From positions 128,001 through 192,000 of the forward strand of contig CAVPNL010000006.1 of assembly GCA_963706575.1 (NCBI GenBank): 64,000 bases of DNA, read 5' to 3'. This document shows positions 1-10,308 of the stretch, one piece after another (position 1 is the stretch's first letter; every line of letters begins with the position of its first letter). A program made the position numbers and the translations under genes. The notes beneath the pieces are model-generated. The model was not told the DNA's origin. It worked only from the letters and a program-made list of their open reading frames with translations, and did not search any database. This DNA is from an uncultured delta proteobacterium (GTDB lineage: Bacteria; Desulfobacterota; Desulfobacteria; Desulfobacterales; JAHEIW01).

Positions 1-125
1 ATCTTTTGAAATTGTAAACTTTCATAGCTAACCGCAACACGGTTGAATGTCAATTAAATTATTTAATTTCTAACCCTGACCAAGCCGGGGCTAAACGGCT
101 ATAATACCACGAAGATCACAAAGTA

Positions 126-2555
126 ATGCCGAACCGAAAAACCAAATCCAAGATTTTAAAACAACGCAAAAGACCTAAAAAGCGGCGGTTTTTCCAAAAA
201 ATGTTGCTATGGTTGTTTGTGCTTGGTTTTTTTGTTGCGATCCTGGGGGCACTGGCCGGTGTCGGCGTATATTTCTACATCAGCAAGGATCTACCCCATA
301 TTAACTCTTTAACCGAATATCATCCTTCCATCATCACCAACGTCTACTCGGATGACGGCCGCAAGATTGCCGAGTTCTTTAATGAACGGCGGATTATAAA
401 ACCTCTGGATGAAATGCCCGCGGCGTTGATTAATGCCTTTATTGCCGCAGAAGATTCTCGCTTTTACAAACATCAGGGCATTGATTTTTACAGTATTGTC
501 CGGGCCTTTTTCAAAAACCTGGAGGCCGGTACCATCGTTCAAGGCGGCAGTACCATCACCCAACAGGTGACCAAATCCTTTTTGTTGTCGCCTGAAAGAA
601 GCTACACTCGCAAATTAAAGGAAGCCATTCTGGCCTATCGGATCGACAAAGCATTTAACAAAGACGAGATTCTTTATCTGTATTTGAACCAGATTTACCT
701 GGGGCATGGCGCTTACGGTGTGGAGGCGGCTGCTGAAAATTATTTTGGTAAAACAGTAAAGGATCTAAATATGGCCGAATGCGCCATCCTGGCGGGATTA
801 CCCCAGGCGCCCAGCAAATATTCGCCGTTTAAATATCCGGAACGGGCCAAACAGCGGCAAATCTATACGTTAAACCGTATGGTGGATGAAGGCTTTATTT
901 CCAACATCCAGGCCACCGAAGCCATTAATACCGTTGTGGAGATTAAGCCGCGCCGCAACTGGTATATTGAAGAAATTCCTTACTACACCGAACAGGTCCG
1001 CCGCTATGTCGAGGAAAAATACGGCCGCGATGTCCTATACACTCAGGGTCTCGAGATCTATACAGCCGCCAGTATCGAGATGCAAAAAATCGCCCGGGAA
1101 GAGGTTGAAAAAGGCCTGTATGATCTGGATAAGCGCCAGGGTTTCCGGGGACCGCTAAAAAATTTGGCCCCGGAAGAAATTGAGACATTTTCCCGCACGA
1201 TTCAATCCGAGCTGGGCGACAATTCACTTCAAGCCGGCCAGACCATTAAAGGTGTTGTCGTAAAAGTGGACGATAAAAACAAAACAGTCACGGTTCGAAT
1301 CGGAAATTTTCTGGGACAGATCGCGCTTGAGGATATGGAGTGGGCCCGCAAAGTGGACCTGGAGGTCGCTTACTATGAAACCAAAGTAAAACGTCCCGGT
1401 GAAGCGTTGGCTGCCGGAGATGTGATTCTGGTTAAAGTTAAAGAAAAAAAGAAGGATTCGGATTTATGGCAGCTGGCTTTGGAACAGGAGCCGGTGGCCC
1501 AGGCAGCGCTGCTGTGTTTAGAGGCTGAAACCGGATTCATCAAGGCCATGGTCGGCGGCCGCGATTTTCGCGACAGCCAGTTTCATCGGGCTTTGCAATC
1601 CAGGCGCCAGCCGGGTTCGGCCTTTAAACCCATCATTTATGCGGCGGCATTAGACAAGCAGTTTGATGATGAACCCGATAGATTTTATAACCCCGCCTCG
1701 GTGATTATTGATTCACCGATCGTGTTTGAAGACGAAGAGCGGGATTTTACCTGGAAGCCGAAGAACTATAAAGAGCGATTTTTCGGCCCCACCCTGATGC
1801 GCGACGCCCTGGCCAAATCACGCAATGTGGTGACGATCAAGATATTGCAGGATATCGGCATTGATTATGCCATCGAATACGCCCGTAAACTGGGAATAAC
1901 CTCTGATATGGCCAAAGATCTCTCTATCGCCCTGGGGTCCTCGGGTGTATCGTTGCTGGAGTTGACCAAAGCCTATTCGGTGTTCGCCAATCAGGGGTAT
2001 CTGGTTGAACCGGTATTTATCACAAAAATTGTCGACCGCGAAGGCAATGTGCTTGAAGAGGCGGCGCCGGAGCGCATCAAAGTCATCGAAAAGACGACCG
2101 CCTACCTGATGACGCACATGCTGGAAGGTGTGGTCAAGTACGGGACCGGCTGGCGCGCTAAGGCCTTAAACCGTCCGGTGGCGGGCAAGACCGGCACCAC
2201 CAATAATTTATTTGATGCCTGGTTTATGGGCTATACCCCCCAGTATATCACCGGGACCTGGGTGGGTTTTGATGACGAGGCCCCGCTGGGAAAATCCGAA
2301 ACAGGCTCCCGGGCTGCCAGCCCAATCTGGCTGGGTTTTATGAAGCGAGTTCTGGAAGATAAGCCCCCCAAAATTTTCGAGGTGCCGGAAGGCATTGTCT
2401 TTACCAAAATCGATGCTGAGACCGGGCTTTTGCCGATTCCCGAATCCAAAGAAACCGTTTTTGTTTCCTTTAAGGAAGGCACCGAGCCGACCGAATACAC
2501 GAAAAGACCGGGCGATATTGCCGATACGGGGGAGTTTTTCAAAAAAGATTTATAA
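126..2555 (+). CDS. mrcA: Penicillin-binding protein 1A (bifunctional transglycosylase/transpeptidase)
   Basis: N-terminal TM anchor; transglycosylase motifs EDSRFYKHQG and QGGSTITQQ; transpeptidase SAFK, SRN and KTGT motifs. Confidence 0.95.
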   Translation: MPNRKTKSKILKQRKRPKKRRFFQKMLLWLFVLGFFVAILGALAGVGVYFYISKDLPHINSLTEYHPSIITNVYSDDGRKIAEFFNERRIIKPLDEMPAALINAFIAAEDSRFYKHQGIDFYSIVRAFFKNLEAGTIVQGGSTITQQVTKSFLLSPERSYTRKLKEAILAYRIDKAFNKDEILYLYLNQIYLGHGAYGVEAAAENYFGKTVKDLNMAECAILAGLPQAPSKYSPFKYPERAKQRQIYTLNRMVDEGFISNIQATEAINTVVEIKPRRNWYIEEIPYYTEQVRRYVEEKYGRDVLYTQGLEIYTAASIEMQKIAREEVEKGLYDLDKRQGFRGPLKNLAPEEIETFSRTIQSELGDNSLQAGQTIKGVVVKVDDKNKTVTVRIGNFLGQIALEDMEWARKVDLEVAYYETKVKRPGEALAAGDVILVKVKEKKKDSDLWQLALEQEPVAQAALLCLEAETGFIKAMVGGRDFRDSQFHRALQSRRQPGSAFKPIIYAAALDKQFDDEPDRFYNPASVIIDSPIVFEDEERDFTWKPKNYKERFFGPTLMRDALAKSRNVVTIKILQDIGIDYAIEYARKLGITSDMAKDLSIALGSSGVSLLELTKAYSVFANQGYLVEPVFITKIVDREGNVLEEAAPERIKVIEKTTAYLMTHMLEGVVKYGTGWRAKALNRPVAGKTGTTNNLFDAWFMGYTPQYITGTWVGFDDEAPLGKSETGSRAASPIWLGFMKRVLEDKPPKIFEVPEGIVFTKIDAETGLLPIPESKETVFVSFKEGTEPTEYTKRPGDIADTGEFFKKDL

Positions 2556-2561
2556 ATAAAT

Positions 2562-2650
2562 TAGGTATTGGGTATTAGGTATTGGCTTGGGTACTGGGTA
2601 TTTGCTGTCAAGTCCTAAAACCAATACCCAGTACGGAATACCCAATACCA
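2562..2650. repeat. Intergenic imperfect palindrome built from 7-nt tandem units (GGTATTG/CAATACC)
   Basis: Left arm taggtattgggtattaggtattgg..., right arm ccaatacccagtac...tacccaatacc, between convergent genes. Confidence 0.8.
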
Positions 2651-2669
2651 GCCGAACTTTTACGAGACC

Positions 2670-3866
2670 TCATTGAGGGGCTGGATACACATACTTTTTA
2701 GTGGCCAGATGTTTGGGCCATACAATTTCGGCTTTACCATTGAGCCATTGCACCAGGAAAGTCGGCAATTTATTTTGCTGGCTTTTTTTATTGTAGGAAA
2801 TAAATTTAACCGGTCCCAATACGGTCATCAGGTTGGTTTTGGCCAGCGCATCGCGAATATTTTTAGGTCCTGATACCTTGGTGCGTTTTAGCGCGTCGGC
2901 GATCACGGTGATGCCGGCATAGGCCTCAGCCCCGTAATGTTCGGGTGGGGTCTTGTATCTGGCAATAAACTTTTCATTGAAAGTAGCGGCTCCGGGGTGA
3001 GGCACCGCGGGCGTCCAGATTGCGCTGCAGACAATATGATCGGAAGCCTTCCCGGCGTGCGCTGCAAATTCAGGCTGGACAAAGCCATTTCCCCCGCCGA
3101 CAAACAGTTTCGGATTCAGCTTCAGGTCCCTGGATTGGCGCACCAGCAATGCGGCGCCTTTGGCATTGTCAACAGCCGCGTATATTAGATCGGGATTCTT
3201 AGCCTTCACGCGGGTCAACAATGGCCTGAAATCGGCAGCGCCGGTCTCAAAACCTTCCCTGATAACCGGCTTTAAGCCCAGTTCGTCAGCTTTTTTGAAA
3301 AATCTGCGGGCGTCGGCAGCATGTTTAAGCGAATTTGCATGCACGATGGCAACGGTTCGAATGTCGCTGGCAACGCTGGTAACAGTTGAAACAAAAGAGG
3401 CCACTGCATCCAGTCGCTCACTCACCGGCGGATTCAGCCTGAAGATGTATTCCCAGCTTTGCTCGGTGATTTTGTCCGCCGCAGCACTGTTGACCAGAAA
3501 TGGGATTTTTTTTGTTTGGGCGATGGAAATGGCTGCCCAGGTTACCGTACTCGAAAAGCCGCCGCCGATCACAAGGACCTTGTCCCGGTTGATTAACTTT
3601 TGAATGGCGCTGCGTCCTACATCCGGATTGCTCTGTGTATCTGCCTCGATAAACTCAATTTTTTTACCGTTTATTCCGCCGCCGGCATTGACTTCTGCGG
3701 CTGCCATCAAAACCGCTTTTTGCTGAATGTGCCCGAAGGTCGCCTGGCGGCCTGTAAGCGGCAGCATGACCCCGATCTTTAATGCGCTGGCAGCCATTGC
3801 GCTGGAAAGCATGATTCCGCTGATCAATGTAAAAAAACTGAAAGCAATAACCGCTTTTTTCGTCAA
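2670..3866 (-). CDS. LivK/LivJ-type ABC periplasmic substrate-binding protein (no adjacent permease)
   Basis: Signal peptide, KIGVMLPLTG, VNAGGGINGKKI; TTG start with GGGGAG RBS. Confidence 0.9.
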   Translation of the reverse strand: MTKKAVIAFSFFTLISGIMLSSAMAASALKIGVMLPLTGRQATFGHIQQKAVLMAAAEVNAGGGINGKKIEFIEADTQSNPDVGRSAIQKLINRDKVLVIGGGFSSTVTWAAISIAQTKKIPFLVNSAAADKITEQSWEYIFRLNPPVSERLDAVASFVSTVTSVASDIRTVAIVHANSLKHAADARRFFKKADELGLKPVIREGFETGAADFRPLLTRVKAKNPDLIYAAVDNAKGAALLVRQSRDLKLNPKLFVGGGNGFVQPEFAAHAGKASDHIVCSAIWTPAVPHPGAATFNEKFIARYKTPPEHYGAEAYAGITVIADALKRTKVSGPKNIRDALAKTNLMTVLGPVKFISYNKKSQQNKLPTFLVQWLNGKAEIVWPKHLATKKYVYPAPQ

Positions 3867-3932
3867 GTTTATCTCCCCGTCAAATTGTTTTTCACCAAAA
3901 AGGCAGAAATAATTTTATACCCGCGGGTTGCA

Positions 3933-4571
3933 TCAGGGTTCAATCAACTGATTTTGCATGGCAAAACGAGATAACTCCGCGTTGTTGCGCAACCCGAGCT
4001 TTTTGAGCAGGCGTGCACGATAGGTATCTACGGTTTTGATACTGATGTGATAGGCGTGGGATATTTCACGGTTGGTCTGCCCCATAGCCAGGCGTCGTAA
4101 AACCTGCAATTCCCGCATGGATAAAGAATCCAGTAAAGACTGCCCGTCGGAGCCCCTGGCAATTCTCAGCGCCAGGGCTTCAGCGGCTTCATCCGTGAGA
4201 TAACGTTGGCCGGCGTGGACTTTACGGATGGCGTTGACCAGCTGCTCCGGTGCCGATTGTTTGGTGAGGTAGCCCATGGCACCGGCCTGAATCGCGCGAA
4301 CCACGTATTGCCCCTCTTCGTGCATCGTGAGGACCAAAATCGGCAATTCTGGGTGGCGGGTCTGCAGTTGGCTGATGACTTCCAAGCCATCCAGGCCGGG
4401 CATGGATATATCGATGACGGCCACATCCGGATCTGTTTTTTTGACCTGCTGAATGGCCTCGCGACCGTCATCGGCTTCAGCAACCACCTGCATATCACCA
4501 CTTTCCTCGACAATGCGGCGCAGTCCGGCACGCACGATGCTGTGGTCGTCTGCAAGGAGTACCTTGATCAA
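3933..4571 (-). CDS. NarL/UvrY-family response regulator (REC + LuxR HTH)
   Basis: VLLADDH, DISMPG, LSMRELQVL...TVDTYRARLLKKL; start moved to TTG 4571 with AGAGG RBS. Confidence 0.93.
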   Translation of the reverse strand: MIKVLLADDHSIVRAGLRRIVEESGDMQVVAEADDGREAIQQVKKTDPDVAVIDISMPGLDGLEVISQLQTRHPELPILVLTMHEEGQYVVRAIQAGAMGYLTKQSAPEQLVNAIRKVHAGQRYLTDEAAEALALRIARGSDGQSLLDSLSMRELQVLRRLAMGQTNREISHAYHISIKTVDTYRARLLKKLGLRNNAELSRFAMQNQLIEP

Positions 4572-4605
4572 AATGGAGCCTCTTTTTGATTTTATTGAAT
4601 ATGCC

Positions 4606-4672
4606 TCACGCAAAGACGCAAAGGCGCCAAGTAAAAAACCTATTTTTATTTTCTCTTTGCGCCTTTGCGAGA
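4606..4672. repeat. Short-period palindrome (8-nt unit CGCAAAGN)
   Basis: tcacgcaaagacgcaaaggcgccaag ... ctttgcgcctttgcgaga. Confidence 0.75.
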
Positions 4673-4689
4673 GGTTATCAAATCTTCCG

Positions 4690-7161
4690 CTAACCAGTAG
4701 AACCCAGCTGCCCATCTATCGGCACTTTGAAATACACCCGGGTTCCCTTTTTCGGTTCGGAATGGACTTCTAAAGCACCGCCGACAAGGGTGGCGCGTTC
4801 GCGCATACCGGCCACTCCCAGACCTTCGGATTCAGACAGATGTTGCGATTCAAATCCCTGACCATCATCGACGACAGCAAGGGTCAAAAGGCCATCGCGG
4901 GTTTTTAATACCACCTCGACACGATTGGCGGATGCGTGGCGCGCGACATTCGTCAGCGCTTCCTGGGCGATCCGATAGGCTGCGGTGGAAATGCCGTCGC
5001 TGAGGCTCGAAACATCATTGTGTTCAAACACACAGGCAATTTCGGTGCGTCTTTCAAAATCAGCCGTATACCACTCCAGCGCATCCACCAGTCCCAGGTC
5101 GTCGAAAACGCCCGGGTCGCAGGCGAAATGCCATGCCGCGCACATCCTCGATGTTCTTATCGATCAGCCGACACATTGTCAAGGCGCGTTGCGAGGCTTT
5201 AGGATCCGCTTGCTTTAAGCGCTCATACATCCAGACCGAATCCATGCGCAATGCGGTCAGAACCTGCCCCAGTTCATCGTGCAGCTCCCGGGCAATGGCC
5301 GAGCGCTCTTTTTCCTGATTGGCCATGATGCTGCCGGAAAGACGGCGCAGTTGCGTCTGGGCTTTTTTGACCGCCGTTATATCGTTTAAGATCCCGCATA
5401 CACCGCTGATCGCACCGGATTCATCATAAATCGGAAATTTAACCGCCAGGTAGGTATGCATTTCATTGGACTGTTGAATCTGTTCTTCGACCTGCAAAGA
5501 TCGGGATTCTGCTAAAACCTGCGAGTCGCTTGCGCGAAATTGGTCAGCGATCTGTTTTGGCAAAATGTCATAATCTGTTTTGCCGCGAATGTCCGTGTTG
5601 CGGACATTGAACAGCTCTTCATAACGCGTATTGACTAGCGTATAGCGCCCCGCTTTGTCCTTGATGTAAACCACCGCCGGTGTATAGGTTAATATATTGG
5701 TGATTTCCTCGGTTTGTTTGCGAACCAGGCGCTCAAGATCCTTGGAGTACAGGCTGAGCTCTTCCTTGGCTTGTTTTAAAGCCTCTTCGGCCCGTTTACG
5801 CTGGGTGACATCAATCGAGACGGCCAGGGATCTTTTTATTTTACCGGTAGCATCCCGATCGGCAATGGCCGAAAGCAGGACGTCGATTTTTTCTCCACTC
5901 TTTTTGACAAACTGATAGGGAATGTCCTGACAGAATACCGTTCTTAAAAAATTGAGGGAATGCGGTTTTCTCTGCATATTGGCGCGACTGCGGGGTGAAA
6001 AAATCCGTTAGCGGGCGTCCGATGACTTCGTCCCTTGAATATCCCATCACCTCCATCCAATAATCACTGACGCTGACCAGCCGGCCCTTCGGGTCGATGG
6101 AATGCAACATCGCCGGCGTATGGTGATACAAAGATCGGTAACGCCCCTCGCTTTCGCGGAGCGCTTGTTCAGCTGATCGTCTTTGCCGGATTTCATGACT
6201 GGCCTGGCGGTATAAAAAGAAAACCGCTATGCCGATCAGCACACATAGAGCCAGTACAATGGGACCGGTGGTTTTAATCAGCGGCTCGATCACGGTTTTG
6301 GTAATGGCATCCAGCTCGCGTAAATGCACCACGTTCCACTCCGGATAGTTTGATCCCAGTTCCGCGACATGGATCTGGTACTCATTGCCGGCACGGTCCA
6401 CGATATAGTCTCCCTTCGATTCCAAACCGGTCCATCTCCAGGGCCCGGTACCGAATTGACGGGATCTTTCAATTAACGGGATATTATCCTCATTGTATGG
6501 CCACAACAGATGATAGAGCCATTCTTTGCGGTTGGAAATAAAAACAACCCCGTGGGGGTCATTGACCATCAAAATTTCATCTAATTCCGTCCCCAACTGG
6601 CTTTCGATCAACTCAATCGACGCTTTGATAACGACAATGCCGACCGGGGAGGATCTATTTTCCGCAAACACCGGATGGCCGTAATAGGCGCCGCGTTTGC
6701 CGGATGCGGTACCCAGGGCCAGATAGGTGCTTGGGTTTTCCTGAAATGGCATCTTTAAAATAGGGTCGGAACGCAAAATTTTGGCCCACAAAACTATCGG
6801 GTGCATTGCGGTTGGTCGAGGCAATGGTTTTGCCGCTGGGGTCCATCAGATAACACACATCCGCAGCCAGCGTTTTCTTGAAATGATCCAGGGTGGCATT
6901 GGCTTCTGCCAGGTTTTGCCATCGGGCTGGTTCAGGGCCAAGCTGGAGCGGTTTCATGCCGGCCAGGGTTTTTACGGGTTTGACGTTTTCAGCAAGGAAG
7001 ATGGTTAAATTTTTTTTAATGGTTCTCAGGCGCAGATCCGCCTGTCGTTCGGCTTCTTTCAGGGCGGATTCTTTCAAAGAGGAATAATACAGATACCCGC
7101 CTGCGGAGGCTGATAAAAAAGCCAGCAAAGACAAAACGATTAAAATAATACGAAGCTTCAT
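4690..7161 (-). pseudogene. Cache-PAS-PAS-HisKA_3-HATPase sensor histidine kinase split over four ORFs by +1 frameshifts (likely sequencing errors)
   Basis: ORFs 6655-7161, 5841-6824, 5060-5977 and 4690-5145 join into one protein (FRPYF Cache motif, PAS, IARELHDELGQ, QEALTNVARH, DDGQGF, GLGVAGMRER) if single bases near 6731, 5936 and 5111 are removed. Confidence 0.85.
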
Positions 7162-7235
7162 GGTTCTTTTTTTCCGATTCGGCAGCTTTATGGAATGTAC
7201 CGATAAGGCTCTGCCCTAGTTCACTTAGCTCTCAA

Positions 7236-7338
7236 TTGGAAAAATGGAAAATTGGAATGTTGGGTTTGTTAAGCATCCCATTGAAAAATATTATGACGCG
7301 GATGTTTTATCTTTTTTACCATTATTCCATTATTTCAT
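7236..7338. repeat. Short-period palindrome (8-nt unit TGGAANAA / TTATTCCA)
   Basis: ttggaaaaatggaaaattggaatgttgg ... ccattattccattatttca. Confidence 0.65.
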
Positions 7339-7468
7339 GCAGGCGATATAAAACCCTCGTCTTTAAAAGCTACATGCATTCAATATGTTATAGAAATCCT
7401 GAAACGTTTGTTATTTTTACACCAACCCGGGCACGATGGCAAATAATTTCAAAAGACAGGAACGAATA

Positions 7469-7491
7469 CTTGTAAGAAATAATCTGACAAG
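7469..7491. promoter_or_regulatory. Imperfect palindrome resembling a GacA/UvrY-type (LuxR family) operator
   Basis: CTTGTAAG-aaataat-CTGACAAG in the divergent promoter region next to a NarL/UvrY-type two-component system. Confidence 0.4.
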
Positions 7492-7772
7492 AAAATCAGA
7501 AATCGTCTAATTGACAGTTTTAGCGCTTATTTGTAGGTATGAATACCTTAATTATTGCAAATAGCCTTTTCTCTGCTGAAAGGCATCGATATCCACCACA
7601 CCCATGTGCTTGAATTGCAGCGGCTGGTCTCAGCTCGTTCAAACGGCTATTTTGCTTTTTAGATAACGTTGGCTGCTGTTTAAGGAAACTGGCCATCCTT
7701 ACCCGGCCAACTTAATAAATGTTTTTCCACTGATCTATTATTTGCCTTTTTGGTCGTGATGGGAGGTGGATC

Positions 7773-8960
7773 ATGAAGCCGACATTCAAATTTTTATTTT
7801 ATCTTGTCATCCTTTCCGCAATTGCAGCAAATTTAGCCGCCCCGGCAACCACTTCTGCGTCTGAGCCCCTGGTTATCGGCGTCCCGCATTCAGAGGCGTA
7901 TACCTACGCCAACATGATGAAAAATTCATTTGAAATGGCTCTGGAGGCCATCAACAAGCAAGGCGGAATCAAGGGCCGGCTTCTAAAGCTGGTGTATGCC
8001 AACGACCAGGGCAAACCAAAGCCCGGAGAAAAAGCGATCGTAGAGCTGGTCGAAAAAAACGGAGCCGTTATGCTGGTGGGCGGCTATCAAAGCAGCAACA
8101 CCGTATTCATGGCCAGAATGGCCGATAAGCTCGACCGGCCTTTTCTGGTGTGCACGGCTGCCGATGACCGCATCACGCAAAGAAAGTGGAAAAATGTCTA
8201 TCGACTGAACCCGCCGGCCCAGGGTTACACCAATGGACTGGAAGATTTTTTTCTGAATAAAATCAAGCCCAAATCCATGGCCATCGTATATGAAAACAGC
8301 CCTTACGGCACCAGTGGCGCCATGCGGATGATGTGGTTTTGCCGGGGAAATGACATTGAGCTACGCGCCATCGAGCCTTACCACAAGGAAAGGCTCAGCC
8401 CGGACTATTTTAAACGCATTGTTGCGCGCTTGAAAGACAATCCGCCCGATGTGATTTACATGGTCTCCTACCTCAAGGATGGGGCCTTGCTGGTCAAAAA
8501 TATTCGAGATGCAAAGATCAAGTCATTGCTGTGTGGTGGTGCCGGCGGCTTTACGAGCCAAAAATTTATCACCGCTGCCGGGACCAGCGCCAATTATCTG
8601 TTGACCGCAACCCTGTGGACCCCGCAATTACAGTATCCGGGGACAAAAGAATATTACGATCAATATGCGAAAAAATACGGCAGTTCGCCGGACTATCACG
8701 GCGCCGAAGCCTATTCGGCCTTACTGGTGGCGGCGGATGTCTTGAAGCGGGCCGATTCGTATAGCCCCGCAAGTATTCGGGCAGCCCTGGACCAAACCGA
8801 TTTGATGACGCCCTTCGGCCCGGTGAAGTTTACCTCATATGAGAACTTTGAAAGACAAAATAATTTGCCGACTCAGGTTTTACAAATCATTAACGGCAAA
8901 TTCGAGTGTGTCTGGCCGCAAGAACTTGCAACGACCAATTTTGCTTCACCCCCTGAATGA
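7773..8960 (+). CDS. LivK/LivJ-type ABC periplasmic substrate-binding protein (paralog of 2670-3866)
   Basis: Signal peptide; INKQGGIKGR; shares YHGAEAY, MTPFGPVKF, QNNLPT and VWP motifs with the upstream paralog; GGGAGG RBS. Confidence 0.9.
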   Translation: MKPTFKFLFYLVILSAIAANLAAPATTSASEPLVIGVPHSEAYTYANMMKNSFEMALEAINKQGGIKGRLLKLVYANDQGKPKPGEKAIVELVEKNGAVMLVGGYQSSNTVFMARMADKLDRPFLVCTAADDRITQRKWKNVYRLNPPAQGYTNGLEDFFLNKIKPKSMAIVYENSPYGTSGAMRMMWFCRGNDIELRAIEPYHKERLSPDYFKRIVARLKDNPPDVIYMVSYLKDGALLVKNIRDAKIKSLLCGGAGGFTSQKFITAAGTSANYLLTATLWTPQLQYPGTKEYYDQYAKKYGSSPDYHGAEAYSALLVAADVLKRADSYSPASIRAALDQTDLMTPFGPVKFTSYENFERQNNLPTQVLQIINGKFECVWPQELATTNFASPPE

Positions 8961-9163
8961 AATGTCAGTGATTAGGCGGTTCCACTGCGGTTAAACATCG
9001 CAGCAGCCTATTGTAAAGTATTAAAATTGGAAGGAGGTGGTCTTCAAAGAAAAGCGTGACGGTACAAAAGACAACAAAAACTGAAATGGCATATCATGCG
9101 CCCAAATGGTTTGGTGGTATGATGCCAAAACCTTAACTAACTATAATTTTTAGGAGAGATATC

Positions 9164-10129
9164 ATGAGAAACAAATTTTTTACCATTCTGATCGGAATCT
9201 GTGTCTTGGCTTTGGCATTTTCCGGAAGTGCGTTTGCCAAAGAAAGAGTTATATTCGGCGGTGGACCGGCCGGTGGAACCTTCCAGGTGGTTGCCAACGG
9301 CATCCAGGTGTATAAACCGGTTAAAGCCAGTCCGGATTTTTCCGTTAAGGCCCAAACATCTGCAGGTTCGGTTGAAAATTTAAGGAAAACCAACGCTGGC
9401 AGACAACAGATGAGCGTGGTCTATTCCGGCCATGTCTGGCTGGGCCGCAACGGTCAGATGAAAAATGATCCCAAAAAATACGAAAATGTTTTGGCCATTT
9501 CCTGGCTGTACGGCGCTCCGGGTCAGCTGGTGGTTCGTAAGGGCTCGGGCATCAAAAGCGTCAAAGACCTGGTCGGCAAAAAGGTCGGTGTCGGCAATGC
9601 CGGCTCCGGTGCCTTTGCCAATTGCGAACTGTTCTTTTCCCACATGGGTGTCTGGGATAAGATCGAGCGCAATGCCATGGGCTACAACGATGCCGCCGCT
9701 GCTTTCGGCAACAAGCAACTGGATGCCTTCTGGTTGTTCACCGCCTTTCCGAGCGGTGCGGTCATTATGGCGGCCCAGACCAATGATATTGAACTGGTCG
9801 ACCTCGATGCGGATGCCGAAGCCTCGGGATTCTACAAAAAGTATCCGTATTTCGGCAAGCTGGCGGTTCCGGCCGGCACCTACAGAGGTGTGGATACGGA
9901 GGTAGGCTCCTTCCAGGACAGTGCCCTGTGGGTGGCCAATTCCAAGGTTTCCGCGGACACCGTTTACAAGCTGCTTGCCACGATTTACACCGATGAGGGT
10001 CTCAAGCACATGGTCGGTCAGAAAAAGACCTTTAAAAATATGAGCTTGAAAACCGGTGCCACCAACATCGTCACCCCGTTTCATCCGGGGGCGGAAAAAT
10101 TCTGGAAAGAAAAAGGCATGCTGAAATAA
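9164..10129 (+). CDS. TAXI-family TRAP transporter solute-binding protein
   Basis: GGGPAGGTF, SAGSVENL, PFHPGAEKFWKE; signal peptide; AGGAG RBS. Confidence 0.93.
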   Translation: MRNKFFTILIGICVLALAFSGSAFAKERVIFGGGPAGGTFQVVANGIQVYKPVKASPDFSVKAQTSAGSVENLRKTNAGRQQMSVVYSGHVWLGRNGQMKNDPKKYENVLAISWLYGAPGQLVVRKGSGIKSVKDLVGKKVGVGNAGSGAFANCELFFSHMGVWDKIERNAMGYNDAAAAFGNKQLDAFWLFTAFPSGAVIMAAQTNDIELVDLDADAEASGFYKKYPYFGKLAVPAGTYRGVDTEVGSFQDSALWVANSKVSADTVYKLLATIYTDEGLKHMVGQKKTFKNMSLKTGATNIVTPFHPGAEKFWKEKGMLK

Positions 10130-10180
10130 AATCGCTGCACGATTTTATATTCGGGCGGTTTCACCGCTTGAAATTAAGAT

Positions 10181-10237
10181 GCAAGATATGGGCATTGCAA
10201 AGCGCGCTTGCCTGATAAAGCCCAGCCCATATCTTGC
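10181..10237 (+). promoter_or_regulatory. Intercistronic stem-loop between TAXI and permease genes
   Basis: 13-bp inverted repeat gcaagatatgggc / gcccatatcttgc. Confidence 0.55.
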
Positions 10238-10308
10238 CTCTCCTATTTTGCAGATAAGAAATTAAAAAATTATTTAAAATTGAAAATTTTAAATAGGGGG
10301 GTAAAAAA

